DNA of 64,000 nt. It comes from Octopus vulgaris. Taxonomy: Eukaryota. Location: the NCBI GenBank assembly GCA_951406725.2, contig OX597828.1:40362001-40426000 (forward strand), in the 5' to 3' direction. Positions 39,324-53,134 of the stretch are shown piece by piece. The position numbers and the translations under genes were made by a program. Under the pieces are notes generated by a model that was not told the DNA's origin, did not search any database, and was given only the letters and a program-made list of their open reading frames with translations. How positions within the stretch are numbered: position 1 is the stretch's first letter; each line of letters begins with the position of its first letter.

Positions 39324-39885
39324 TGACTAATAAAACATCTTCTGTCTAATGTGAGAAGACAATTCAGATACAGCAGGCCGAACATATTTGATGAAATTGA
39401 GAATAGAAAACCAAAATTAGAATAACCCTTATCTATCACAATGACATGGAAGCTTTCATTCATTAGAAATTATACAAGAATAAATGACAGATAAATTAGC
39501 AAGAAAGTACGTGTGTGCAAGTGTGCACATATGATTTTTTTTTCATATCAAACAGAAAACTTGTGAGAAATCGAAAATACAGATTCAAGGATTAATATAA
39601 CATATTCAGATTAACTTTGGTTTTTAGTATAGGATTTTAATTAAGAGCTACAGTAGGTCAATCAGTTTAACAGTTTTTATTCCGTTACTCAAACTGAAGG
39701 TCTTTGGTATCCCCCCCCCTTTTTTTTCACAGACATTTTTTTTCTAAAGCTATAGCACCAATCATTCATTCATAAGAATCCTATATATTTACTTCTCCAG
39801 TCATGGTTATACTGTGTTCTGCTGAAGAGGATTTATGAGATCAAAACAGAGCAGTCAACATACTCTCTGCTAAATTCCAAACTTA

Positions 39886-40092
39886 ATATTCCTTTCTGCT
39901 ATAGGCACAAGGCCTGAAACTTTGGGGGAACAGGCGGGTTCATTACATCAACCTCAGTGCGCAACTGGTACTTATTTTATTGACCCCAAAAGGCTGAAAG
40001 ACAAAGTTAACCTCAGCAGAATTTGAACTCAGAACGTAAAGGTAGACAAAATGAAGCTAAGCATTCTAATGATTTTGCCAGCTTGCTACCTT
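39886..40092 (-). mobile_element. SINE family B interrupting a hammerhead-bearing repeat
   Basis: Reverse complement of the 8325 copy; the flanks resemble the repeat at 23700-23980. Confidence 0.8.
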
Positions 40093-41259
40093 AATTCCAG
40101 ACAAAATATTAATTAATTGAATATCCAGAGATTTTTCTCTTTGCCTTTTCCACTATAATTAGCTATTAAGAAAATGATTGTTCTCATCATTACAAGTGAA
40201 ATTTTAATTAAAATTTCTTGGTGTACAACATTTATGTTAAATATTCAAATAAGGTTAATATCTTAACCCTTTAGCATTCACATTGTTCTGTCAAATGTAA
40301 TGCTTATTTAATCACACTCTCTTGACTTAGTCATTCTTTTGTTGCAGCTCCCAAAGGTCTAATTTATTTCATTGTAATAAATAACATGGGAAGCTCTGCA
40401 AACAGTGGGTGAAAAAAGGAGATTACTACACAATTGTTGAGTGTTTCATTAGCTTACAGTAGAAAGCTGAATTTCTCCACCAGACTAGGAGAAAATGACA
40501 AGAAACTATTTCAGAGTAGTCACCTCTGAAATTTTAATTTATGAGAGTCTTCAGTGTTTTTCAAATGAGCCACTGAACCTTGCTAGAGAAGTCATAAATT
40601 TTGAAATATACAACAACTACAAACATAAGGGAGTGACAGTGACTAGTACAGAACAAATAACTTTGGTACAAAATAATCAAAACAAATATAAAACAGACTG
40701 GGAAATGGTTATATATAATGAAACTTTGAAACAAAATTAGAGGACTATATCAAAATATACATTATGTGTGAGTATGTGTGCTGACAGACAGACACAGACA
40801 AAGAGAGAGAGATCATTCATGATTGATAAACATAGGAACCGGAAACATGTAAGTGTACATAGATCATAAAACTAAACTTGGAAATTGGAATAGATTATGC
40901 ATGTACTTGTCTGTGTGAGATTCAAAGTAGAAAAGACAGGAAAGTTTATTAACATATTCTTTAAGTATATGAAACATTGGAATTAGTACCCAGAGATACC
41001 TGAGGAACCAAAAGTCAATTACTGTTATGTTGAAATTTTTAATATTTATTAGGTTTTTCTTTTCTTGTCTTTTCTTTTTTTTTTTTCATTAAAGATGAAA
41101 ATACTAAAAGAAATTGATAATTAATATTTACACTCAGCAACAAATTATCAAATATAAAATTTGAATTTTATATTATTTTAACTTTGAATAACAAAAATTA
41201 AAGGAATTAAAAAATTAAAATAAAAAGTTTGGTTTTGGCATATTTCTCCCACCCCATGC

Positions 41260-41462
41260 TACTGTATTTTCCAGCATACAAGTTGAATTTCAGATCAAAA
41301 TTTACAGCTACAAAAACGTAGGATGGCCTATACATCAAGACAAGTTTGGCAGACCAAAAATTTCATGTGAAATGCAACAGAATTTGGAAAGATAGTGATA
41401 ATGTTTGAACGTTTACTTTACATTTTTATACTACGTCAACTTATACACCAGAAAATATGGTA
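41260..41462. mobile_element. TA-flanked MITE (Tc1/mariner-pogo type); second copy at 56515-56710
   Basis: TIRs TACTGTATTTTCCAGCATACAAGT and ACTTATACACCAGAAAATATGGTA; colinear second copy. Confidence 0.75.
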
Positions 41463-42128
41463 ACAGAATTTGAATTTCTTGTTATTTTAAATCGGAATAA
41501 CAAAAATTAAAGCGATTAAAAAATATGTAAAGTTTTATCTTTTTATACATAATTTTTCCCCTCATGCTGACATGGGTCAATTATGTCTGTGAATTTTGGT
41601 ATTTTACAAGAGGTTTTAGAGCAAGTGTTTTTGCAGTTCATTATTATTCCTCCTGGCTTCATTTTCATAAAATCTTGGACTCATTATTTTTGCTGAAGGC
41701 ACTAAGTAATTAATTATTTTACAATATTTGTATCATAATGAGTCTGCCAGGATTAGGAATTTAAAACAAATATTTAAATGATGCCTTTTATAAAACACCC
41801 AGTACGCATGTGTGTGTACATATATGTCTAAATAATATTAAGTATATAGTAAAAATATTTACAAAATGAAATTAAAAAATTGTAAAATAACAAAAAATAG
41901 ATAATACTGTAGTTTTGGAATGTTTAGATCGATAGACTATAACAAATCATAGCACCAAATATATATACATATATTTTATTAATGTGTATGTATGTATGTA
42001 TATATGCATACATTATATATATATATATAAGAATTTAAAAACTTCAAGAGAAGTGAAATAATTGTTTTTTGGGAATGGTTAATCTCGAAGCAAATAAAGC
42101 TATAAGTGTGTGTATGTGTATGTATGTA

Positions 42129-42170
<42 letters not shown>

Positions 42171-42372
42171 CTTTCAATACAACTCCTGTTTTATGCTCAT
42201 TATCTAGTATATTGGCTCGTACTCTGCACTCTAGCCTATTTCAAGTTTGATACCCCACATCTTACTATACTGGATACCAGAGTGGATTGCGGAGGTCCAC
42301 AACTGAGCCCAATTTTGGGGGATTTTTTGCACTTTACTGTACTTTACTTATTTTCTTCTTTTGATATATATA

Positions 42373-42526
42373 CAGGTTTGGCCAAAAGTCACCAGTCAGT
42401 AAAACATCATTTTTTTTTCAACATTTGTCTCTTTATTAGCAAAGTCTCATATAAAATAATTTTTGGTTTCAATCGTGGAATTAAATGGGTTTTGATTTAC
42501 TGTCAGGAGACTTTTGGCCAACCCTG
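42373..42526. mobile_element. Tc1/mariner-type MITE, 154 bp
   Basis: TA|CAGGTTTGGCCAAAAGTC...GACTTTTGGCCAACCCTG|TA. Confidence 0.85.
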
Positions 42527-43112
42527 TACGTGATGATAACAAAATTTGACACAAGGACACAAGTTTGTAAAGACATGAATTCAATATATTACTGCTGAAA
42601 AGCAAAGTTAACTTTGGCAGATTTAAATGTAGAATGTACAAGGATCAAACATAGATACCGCAAGGCATTTATTCCTGGCATTCTACAACATTTTCCTCCC
42701 CCCTCCCCCTCTCCCATTAATACACACAAGAAACAAGAAAAATACATATAAATTAGCTTGAAGATTTTTTCTGTAATTAGAGGATATTACTAAAATGATA
42801 ACTGAAATCTCAAATTGAATACGTGATAAACTTTTCCCTCCAGCCATCCTTTCTCTTTGGCACACTCTGTAAAAGTCGTTATATGTATGTGTGTGATATA
42901 TATATATAAGATCAACAATAACAACATGTGATTGCGTTTTATAGTGATTCCATACTTTGGTATCTAATGACAGTCATGTGACTGAGTAAAGAAAATTTTT
43001 TTTTTTAATAAATATATTTGGTTTCGATTTATCTTAGCACTTTATATTTTTGCAAAATGAGCATTCTTGAGAGTTGAAATAAAACAGTAAAATTAAGTAT
43101 CATTGCAAAATA

Positions 43113-43490
43113 AACAAGAGCACTCAGAGAGCGCAAACCTCTGCCAAGGCAACATCAATGTTCTCTCAACGATTAGCCAGAGATGATTTTTTTAAATGAG
43201 AATATCTGAAATAAACTCGACTGCTCTCACAAACGAGAATACTAAAAATGAACCTGACCGCTCTAAAAAATTAAGTTTAAAAAAAAAATGGATAAATAAT
43301 CCAGAATCCTTGTCTGGTACTGGATCGATTCCAAAATCTAATCAGTTTATGCCAGTCATGAGGCCACACATCCCTGAAAGTTTCATCCAAATCCATCCAG
43401 CAGTTCTTGGGATTTTTTGTCCACAGACAAACAAATAAACATACATGATTGAAAACAATACCTCTGCCTTTGCCAAGGCAGAGGTAATAA
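43113..43490 (-). mobile_element. HINE/DINE-like Helentron-associated element
   Basis: Palindrome TACCTCTGCCTT-tgcc-AAGGCAGAGGTA (43459-43486), matching subterminal repeat ACCTCTGCCAAGG near 43137, short terminal hairpin, T-rich ends. Confidence 0.75.
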
Positions 43491-43569
43491 ATAGATTAGA
43501 TATGTTTATAAATTTATAATTCTAGAAACGTAATGAATATTGTTGGGTATAAAATGAACTTTTTAATAC

Positions 43570-43748
43570 ATATTAGACAGACCAGATAATATCGAATTCT
43601 ATATTAAATAAGCCTCATACCATACAGTTCTGTATATATGGATATGAAATCCTGGGTAACCCTATGAACCAGCCATAACATTCTTTCTCTAAATACTCTA
43701 CTGCTCTATAACTTAGATTCTCTTTTGGATTTATTATTTACTGACACT

Positions 43749-43807
<59 letters not shown>

Positions 43808-43960
43808 AGACTGATGAGTTATTATATAATTTCTATATTAGACAGGCTTGATACTTTATATATATTCCGTATTAGATAGGCCAGATTCTATTATAATTCT
43901 CTAGAAAAGCTACTTACTATATAATTCTATTTTAGAAAGGCCAGTTACTATATAATTATA
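43570..43960. repeat. Degenerate tandem repeat of about 32 bp, split by (TA)n
   Basis: Recurrent tattaga(c/t)aggccag...tataattct units. Confidence 0.55.
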
Positions 43961-45517
43961 AAAAGAAAGATATGATTTTAACAGAAAAAAAAAAAAGAGA
44001 TCCTAATATATGGAATGTCTTACCCTTGGCTAACGGTTCATTCACCATCACCATCTATTGTCCATGCTGGCATGGGGTGGACAGTGTGACCAGAGCTGAC
44101 TAGCTGGGGAAACCATACCAAATCAGACTCCAGTCTGATTTGGTATGGTTTCTACAGATGGATGTCCTCCCTATGCCAACCACTTTACAGGGTGTGTTGG
44201 GTGCTTTTACATGGCCCCGCACAGATAATGGGTCTACAAACTTACACAATCTTAAGTTAGGATATATTTAGGTTACTAATAAGTGGTCTTTTATATCTGA
44301 ATGAATTATTTTATCTTCATAGCAATAAGTATACATATTTCTTGGTAATCTCCTGTAGTCTGAGAAAGATGGTTCCACACTTTTTTGCAGAATAACCTGC
44401 ACAGACGATTTGTTTATAGTGATCAAATGTACGTGCTGTATATGAGCTCACTCTCTCCTATAAATCAACAAAGCCTGTACAGGTGTGTACTGTGCCACAC
44501 ATCAGGTGTCAAAGTGATTGCAAAGCAATGTGAAATGAAGTGCTTTGCTCAAGAACACAATGCACTGCCCAATCTGAGTATTGAAATCACTATCTCGTGA
44601 TTGTGAGTGCAACACCCTAACACTAGTCCCCTCCCATATATCATCACTATCATCATTTAACATCCCTTTTTTTATGCTGACATGTGTTGGCGGGTTCAAT
44701 GTGAACAGGTAAGTTAGGGGGCTGCACTAAGTTCTAATGTCTGCTTTGGTATGGGTTCAACAGCTGGATGCCCTTCCTAAAACCAGCACTAGTGAGGTCA
44801 CCAAGTACTCACAAAACAAGATACCCTCAACTAAGTTGGGTACAGAAATGAGGGATAAAGAACAAAGATATTTACTTTTTGTTCATTTACTTTTGTTAAA
44901 GCAGATCTCGGTTATCAAAAAGAAAAGAAAAAATAGACGATCTGTCCAAAAACATCATGCAAATTTGATAAAACAAATCTGTTTGGAACTATGGAACGAA
45001 ACACCTTAGCTATTGATCTCTACTCTAAAATCTAATAATTTCAGATATATGAGGAATATTTCATATGTTTTACTCTCTATAAAGATCAAACACTCGTCAC
45101 AATAGAATATTTCTCATATATCTGAAATTACTGAAAAAACATTTTTTTTTTAAGTGTGGGGATTTTCTGAGAAAAAAAAAAATTTTTTCCAGAAACTTCT
45201 CAAATAGACAACAGCCAATAGATTATTAAATTTTGAACAACTGATATCAATATTGAATCTTTGGTATAAATGCACTTCAGCTATTTCCTAGCATCACTGC
45301 AGTCCCTAAAATTGTTATTCTATTCCATTTCATAAAGTCTGAATATTTCAGATAATTTTAATATTTCAAAAGGCTTCAAAATCATTTTATATGTCTTAAT
45401 ATTGTTTCATATAGTTTTAATATTTCATACAGTCTTAATAATATTTTACAGAGTTTTAACATTATTTCTTACAGCTTCGACAATAGTAGAATAACAACAA
45501 CAACATCAACAACAACA

Positions 45518-45966
45518 ATCCATTCTACTAGAAGCACATAGTCTGAAATTTTGGAAGGATGGAGCTATTCAATTACATTGGTCCCAGTGCTTGTCTGGTA
45601 CTTATTTCATCAACCTTGAAAAGATGAAAGGCAATCTCAGCAAGGTTTGAACTCAGAACATAGGGAGTCAGAAGAAATGCCACAAAGCATTTTGTCTGAC
45701 ATGCTAATGATTCTGCCAGCTCACTACTCAAATAATAATAATAATCCTTTCTACTATATGCACAAGGCCTGAAATTGTGGGGTGGGGTGGGGGACTAGTC
45801 AATTACATCAATCCTCAGTGTTTTACAGGTACTTAATTTATCAACCCTGAAAGGATGAACGGTAAAGTTGACCTCGGCGGAATTTGAACTCAGAACATAG
45901 CGATGAGCGAAATACCACTAAGCACTTTGTCCAGTATGCTAACAATTCTGCCAGCTCACTGCCTTA
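45518..45966 (-). mobile_element. Two head-to-tail SINE family B copies
   Basis: Copies at 45518-45730 and 45742-45966 separated by (AAT)n. Confidence 0.8.
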
Positions 45967-46147
45967 ACTTATAATAATAATAGGTTTGCCTCCTTGGCAT
46001 GGACTAGAATAACCAGGAAAGTATTAGATAGTCGAGAAGAATTGACAATATGACACCTGTAGGCAGCAGGTAGAAAACCCGCTATGCATATAAGACTCAA
46101 GGAGTTCCAACAAAACCAGAGTTAAAAATAATATTGATAATAATAAT

Positions 46148-46770
46148 AATAAAACAATAGTGGCCTCATATGTGGTAAGTGAATGTTCTAAACTCGCACA
46201 GAAACAGTACTAATCTTGGAGACGTGATAATGTTGCAAAGATCATCCATCTGGAAATGTATAAGTAGCATGGATTTCCATCAGGACACAAGTGGTATGAA
46301 CGTGTACCTGAAAAGGTGACTGAGAATGATTAAATTAAACTTCTTCGGGACTTTCCTATCCAAACAGATCATATCCTAGAGCATAACAGACCAGATGTCT
46401 TGGCGTTTGAGAAAAGGAAACAGACTTGGTACACAACCAATGTGGACTATTCATTTGATGCAAAAATAAAATAAAAGAAAAAAAATCAACAAGGTAGATA
46501 TACACAAGGACCTGAAGAGAGAGATAAGTAAATTGTGGGGTTTCAGAATAAGTGGAGTTGTACCAATTGTCATTGGCGCAGAGGCTCAAGAAGTGAACAG
46601 AAAATGTTGGCTTGCAGAAGTGTAAGGAATACATGCAACTGGCCTGCTTGTTAGGAATAGCAAGAATCATTTGAAAGTTTTTGGCTGGCTGAGGCCACAG
46701 GTGTTGACTTGTTATCCACCTAAATTCCATCATAGGGGTGAAATAAAAAAAAAATTTGAAATAATAACAA
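46148..46770 (+). mobile_element. R4/Dong-clade non-LTR retrotransposon 3' fragment (zinc knuckle and restriction-like endonuclease)
   Basis: Reads VVSECSKLAQKQY..DNVAKIIH..KWYERVPEKVTEND..DFPIQTDHILEHNRPDV..MQLACLLGIARII, with stops; flanked by TAA-rich tracts. Confidence 0.8.
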
Positions 46771-47966
46771 TAATGATAAAGTGGGAAACAAAGTTGACTT
46801 CAATTGGATTTGAACTTAGAAACCTGAATTTCTGTTACAGGTATAAAACCACAAATTTTGCAATTCCAGAACATAAATGTTATTTTTTTATATTGCCTCT
46901 GGATTAATCAGTAGTAAAGATGACATAGGTGGGATCTAGAATCAGAACAGAGCAGAACTAAATAACACTATAGTTTAGTTGGGCATGTTACCATTTCAAT
47001 AGGAAAAACAATAATAATAAAAGCCGAGAGTAAAGTATAATCAATTATGAGAAGTTACATGGAAACGTGTCAATAGTAAAAGTCAAACAATTTTGCAGAT
47101 ACCTACAAAGGTGGGAATTATACAAACTGAACCTATCGCCATTAGAAGAACATCACAAGGGAATGCTTCTTCATCTCTTCTCTATCTGTCCCCAATGTCT
47201 TTAACTGATCATTAACATAGAACTGAACTTAAATATAAATATTATTATGACCTTGAGTTTAAACAGCAGATGATAAATAATTAGAAACACTACTGCAGAT
47301 AGTGCATGGATTTATGAGAAAAATTTATATAAGATTTGAATTGGAAGAAAAGACAGCACTAAGGCAATGTGTAAGATAGGGAAATAAACAACACAAATGT
47401 TAGGTAAAGAATTACAATAAACACGGGTATATAAGTATAAGAATTACAATAAACACAGGTATATAAATACTTAAGAATCAATGTACAAAAAACAGATTTG
47501 AAGGAAATAGTTATGAAGGAATATTATAGATGCAGTAGGTAAATACTTAAAACAGAACTAATAATTGAAAACTAATAAAAGCAGATACAAAATATGAACA
47601 AAACAAAAAATTGCTTGCTGTTTTCAAAGAAACCAGCAAATACAAAACAGGCTGAAATATTAGATAGCTATGAAGGAAAGTGCAATCTTGTAGTCTGCAA
47701 GAATTCTAAGATAGATAATTAAATGAACCTCAAGACAATATCCCTGCTAATTAATACAGCATGTAATAGTTTTAATAATAATTTATTTCTAAAATGATAT
47801 GAAATATTTTAAGTAAGAATTTGAGAGAGAAAAATTATGCAAGCACACTAGGTGTTCTAAAATATAGTTCAACACATACAACTTCCCATCTGCAGATTGA
47901 AACTATACCCTTAAGCTGTGTGTGTGTATGTGTCCCTAACTATACTGGATGTGTGCCAGTATGCAA

Positions 47967-48399
47967 GGCATTGAGTTGGCAGAATCATTAAAGTATCAGA
48001 AAATGTAGCATTCATATGGGCTCTTTACATTCTGAGTTCAAATCCTGCCAAGGTCAACTTTGCCTTTCATCCTTTCGGGGTCGATAAATTAAGTACCAGT
48101 GAAACACTGGGGTCAATCTAATCAACTAGTCCCTTCCTACCAAATTTCAGGCCTGCGCCTTTAGTAGAAAGGGTTGCTATCATTATCATCATTATTATTA
48201 CTATTTTATGGCAGTGAACTGGCAGAATCGTTAGTATGCCGGGCAAAATACTTAGCAGAATTTTGTCCATCTTAATGTTCTGAGTTCAAATTCTGCCAAG
48301 GTTGACATTGCATTTCATCCTTTCTGGGTCAATAAATTAAGTACCAGTGAAACACTGGGGTTGACATAATCAACTAGTTCTTTCCTGCAAAATTTCAGG
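47967..48399 (+). mobile_element. Two head-to-tail SINE family B copies
   Basis: Copies at 47967-48175 and 48209-48399 joined by (ATT/ATC)n. Confidence 0.8.
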
Positions 48400-49267
48400 A
48401 TATATGACATTGTAACAGAGCAACCTCAGGTGAATCCTGATCAGACTAATCATCAAAGGTATTCAAGCTGAAATTCTAACAATTATTTTTCAGGAATAAT
48501 GCACCCCAAACCACAATACACATACATAATCATATATACATACATACATAATCATATATACATTTATACACGTAGATATATGCATATATACATACATGTA
48601 CACACATACATATATACATACGCATACACACATACATATATACACAAACACACAGATATATATATATATATATACATACATGCCAGCGAACTGAGGTAAA
48701 TTACCCCAGTGGGTAAAAATGAGATTCTTGCAGGTAATGAGGACTCATTAGATATAAATTATATAAAAAACGGGTTTTTCTTCTGGCAACACTGTGTCTG
48801 TCCAATGTAATGGACATGTTTAGGAGACATCACACTATTTTAAACTACAAACAATTTGGTTGCTAAGGTGTTGCCTAGTGACTAAACAGATATTATTTGT
48901 CAACTGTCTATTACAAATCTTAACCTTATTTTTTGTCATGCATGTTTTTGCTTTCTTTAAGTAAATATAAGTAGTTACTGGACCCTGAAGATTGTATCCA
49001 AATTGCTCTGGCATCAAAAAGCCCCAATTTTGATGTAATTGTAACAAAAATGAAATATCATTTCTCCAAAACCTAAAGTGGAAAAGTTTCTGGAAAAATC
49101 CTTTTGCTTCATAACGAAGATATTAATTTATTTTATTGTATTTGTTTTATAATTTTTATATTTATAATTGTATTCTCCATATGAATAGATTCAATTAACC
49201 TTTGGAATTCAAAGAATCTATGATTTTGTTCCTTTCAAATCAAGGGGGTAATGTCGGCGTCAATAAA

Positions 49268-49808
49268 TACAGGGCACGGTGGGTAAATTGTTGCCATTTT
49301 AAATTCTTAATTTTGCACATGTGCATTGTCTGTTTTTGATTTTGTCAACTACACAGTATAGTAGGGTCAGTTTGGCACTGTGTGTGAGAAAAACAGCACC
49401 ATGATGCAATTCTCTCTGCCAGAAATTTCGAAACAACATGCTGTACTGCTTGGCATTTGCACTGGAAGCTGCAATACGAACATTTCAAAGTGTTTGGGTG
49501 TCAATCTTAGGACAGTGCAGAGAGTTCGGAAAGTGCTGGATGAGTCTAATGGTGATTACGAAGGTATGGCAGCTCGGAAAACTAACTCTGATCATTCTGA
49601 TAAGAAACGAACTCCTGAATTGTTTGGTGAGATCCAGGCCATGATTGACAACGATCCCTCCAAGTCAATCAGGTCCCTTGCCAGGGGTATGGGAGTGTCT
49701 GAGTTTCTTATCAGGCAGGTTGTGCATGAAGACATTTAGTATTCCTCATACAAGGTGAGAAAGGGCCAATTTTTATCCCAAGCCATCAAGGACAAGAGGA
49801 AAGACCAA
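49268..49808 (+). mobile_element. Truncated Tc1/mariner-superfamily transposon (left end and HTH part of transposase)
   Basis: TA|CAGGG end; ORF 49380..49739 has two HTH-like blocks (ISKCLGVNLRTVQRV; PSKSIRSLARGMGVSEFLIRQVVHEDI) and continues past a stop as YSSYKVRKGQFLS; no DDE domain. Confidence 0.8.
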
Positions 49809-50030
49809 GATATATATGCACACAATTAATATACATACATATATATATTTATATATACGCACACACACACACAGACACACACACATATATACATACACAC
49901 ACATATACATCAATATAAATGCAACATTAATAGAAATGTGTATACATACACAAACATATATACATATGTGTGCATATATATATGTACACTGTGTATATGT
50001 ACTTATAAATATATATGTACCACAAGTATA

Positions 50031-50068
<38 letters not shown>

Positions 50069-50430
50069 CACACACACACGCACATAGATGTACATATATA
50101 TACACATATTCACATTATATATACATTCATACAACATACCTACATATATGTAGTTATGCACATACTCATAGAAAATATACTAGAAAGCACCTGATGCTAA
50201 TATCAAAATAATAATATACTTTTTAGTGTATTTTATATGTGAATCCTTGCATGTATATTAAATAACATTAATTTAGCTTTGTTTAGAGTACTGAGCACAT
50301 GGCATCTCTTAAGACACTCCAAAAGTACAAAGAGAATATATGCATTACATGTATGCATGTATATATATGTATGTGTGTATAAACACACACACGTATGCAT
50401 ATATGTATATAAAAACACACGCATATATAA

Positions 50431-50464
<34 letters not shown>

Positions 50465-52747
50465 ATATATGTATATATATGCACACACATACATACATAC
50501 ACATCAGTTAACATTTTAGCATGACTAGAGATTGTGCTAATAAATAAATATAGATTAATAATAATAATAATAGTAATAACAATAAATTATAAACTAGTTG
50601 AGAACAATATTTAACTTATTTTAACAATATATATGATAATAATAATAACAGTAATTTTATTTTATTTATTTGTATCTCCTTATATCATGCTTCACTTTCT
50701 TGTTCGGATTTCAAGAAAAAATAGTTCCAACTAAACTCAGTGGAAATCAAAGAAAAATATTGTAACATTTCTTGAACAAAAACAAGAACGGTTGCTCTGG
50801 CAAGGCTGGCATTAAGAACTACCACATGTTATAAAGCTTTCGGTAGCCGCTCGTAAATGAATTGTACACCGCATAAATGCATTTGGCTGCCTGTTTACGG
50901 AAGAACTGGTAAGTCCACTTGAGAAGAGAGCTGCAATAAACGGATATGACATCGATGAGCCGCATTCAAATCAATAGAAGGGGATGGATGGATGGTAATG
51001 ATGACAGGAACAAAACCAAAGTCGGTACCATGCTAACAAAGAGGGAAAGGAAGAGAGAGAGAGAGAGAGAGAGGTGGGGAGTTAGAAGACATATATATAT
51101 ATATATATATATACATACAACAGTGAGTCGGAAATAGTAAAGAAAGACAAGAACATAGAAGAGAAAAAGAAGGACAAAAGAGAGAAGAGAGATTGTAGAA
51201 GAGAAGTATGGTGAGAAAAAAATAGAACTAAATAAGCTATCCATAGATTCTCCATTAACATGATACATAATATTGGATATTTTCAGCAATTCCAATATAA
51301 AGTCATGCATGAATAATGATTTGAAAGATTCTAACACCAATATTCAATAACAGCAGTAAAATCATGCTGATGTTGATCTAATATTGGTGAGCGATAACAA
51401 AATAAACTAAAATAAAAGTGTGAATTTCTTTAAAGTTTTTTTTTTTTCGTAAGCAATGATAGAATAGGTTGGGTAAATTTCAGTATCTGCAGACTGTTGG
51501 AAGAATTTCTCTTTTGTTTTTGTTGGGGTTTTTTTCTTTACATATGGATTCCCTGTAATCACAAAGTAAAAAATGGAACCCAATGCTATCCAGGTAGTCT
51601 GAGGCAAACAAAGGTGTAATAACTTATCCAGAGATACACAATGGTATGGTAAAATTTTAAACTCAGTAGCTTGGCACCCGAACCGTGTAACAATAATACA
51701 GACAAAACTTCAACACGAAGATCTCCATGAGGTTGCTCAACTTGCCTGTAAGCAGCAGACACATATTTCTCCTATCAGTCTACCATTTAAAAAAAACAGA
51801 AAAGAAAATGATGAGATGGTCATGGTAGGAATGAATACCTTTAGCCATAAACCCGCTTGATTACAGTTGATTAAATATAATGAATGAGACAATTGTAATT
51901 GAAGAGTAAAAGGTGAGGTGATCCAAAGCAAGACAGGATAAAAAAGAAATAGTAAATTCAGATACTGATTGGGTGGAATTGATATTTAACTCCAGGCCAA
52001 CTACGACTATCATGACTTTTAGCCAGACAAACTTTATCAAGAACTACATGATCCAAAATCTTGTTCATATCTTTCTTAAAACTATAGCATGTGATATTAG
52101 GCAGAGTCAACTGCTATTTCTAAAAGGTCAACCAATGACATAGAAACTCATTTAGTGGATTGCAGGTGTTTGCGGCTGCATATCTCTTTTGAGCTAGTTT
52201 CTATCATACAAAAGTGCAGGATATCGCAACTGTAATACATACCACTGTAACAGTATACTTTATAGTGGTTAACCAGTAATTTCACTCCAGTGAACATTTT
52301 TAGGTATATAAGTTGTTTAAAACTATTCTCTTTTGACACTGTCTCTATTGTAGTTCAGAGCAGCTATTGTCCTTCAACACATTGTCTTTATTATAGTTGA
52401 AAGAGGCATCTATAATCACAAAAAGCATTGTACTGTTTGAGATTTAGAATATGCATTACCCTCAGCAAGTTAGACTTGTTTACAAGTCATAGCAAATCTA
52501 ACATGATATTCAAGTTGGGGTAGGTTTGACGAAACATAAGAATGAGAAAGTTGAGACTAACTTGATTCACAATATGAAACTGATGCAGATAAGAAACAAT
52601 TAACTATTACACGTAATATCTCACATTATCTAATTTTGACAAATGATACATGTAAACAGGCACATTTAATGAGAACGACACAAGAAATCATGGCAATCCA
52701 GCAGTACTGAGTAATACACTCATACTCAATAGCTGTAATCTAATTGT

Positions 52748-53134
52748 GGAATGGAAGCACTCCGTCGGTTACAACGACGAGGGTTCCGGTTGATCCGAAT
52801 CAACGGAACAGCCTGCTCGTGAAATTAACGTGCAAGTGGCTGAGCACTCCACAGACACGTGTACCCTTAACGTAGTTCTCGGGGATATTCAGCGTGACAC
52901 AGAGAGTGACAAGGCCGGCCCTTTGAAATACAGGTACAACAGAAACAGGAAGTAAGAGTGAGAGAAAGTTGTGGTGAAAGAGTACAGCAGGGATCATCAC
53001 CATCCCCTGCCGGAGCCTCATGGAGCTTTAGGTGTTTTCGCTCAATAAACACTCACAACGCCCGGTCTGGGAATTGGAACCGCGATCCTATGACCGCGAG
53101 TCCGCTGCCCTAACCACTGGGCCATTGCGCCTCC
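52748..53134 (-). mobile_element. Young full-length tRNA-derived SINE, family C
   Basis: A-box TGGCCCAGTGG, B-box GGTTCCAATTCC, CpGs retained; 11-bp target duplication AATCTAATTGT at 52737-52747 and 53135-53145. Confidence 0.92.
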
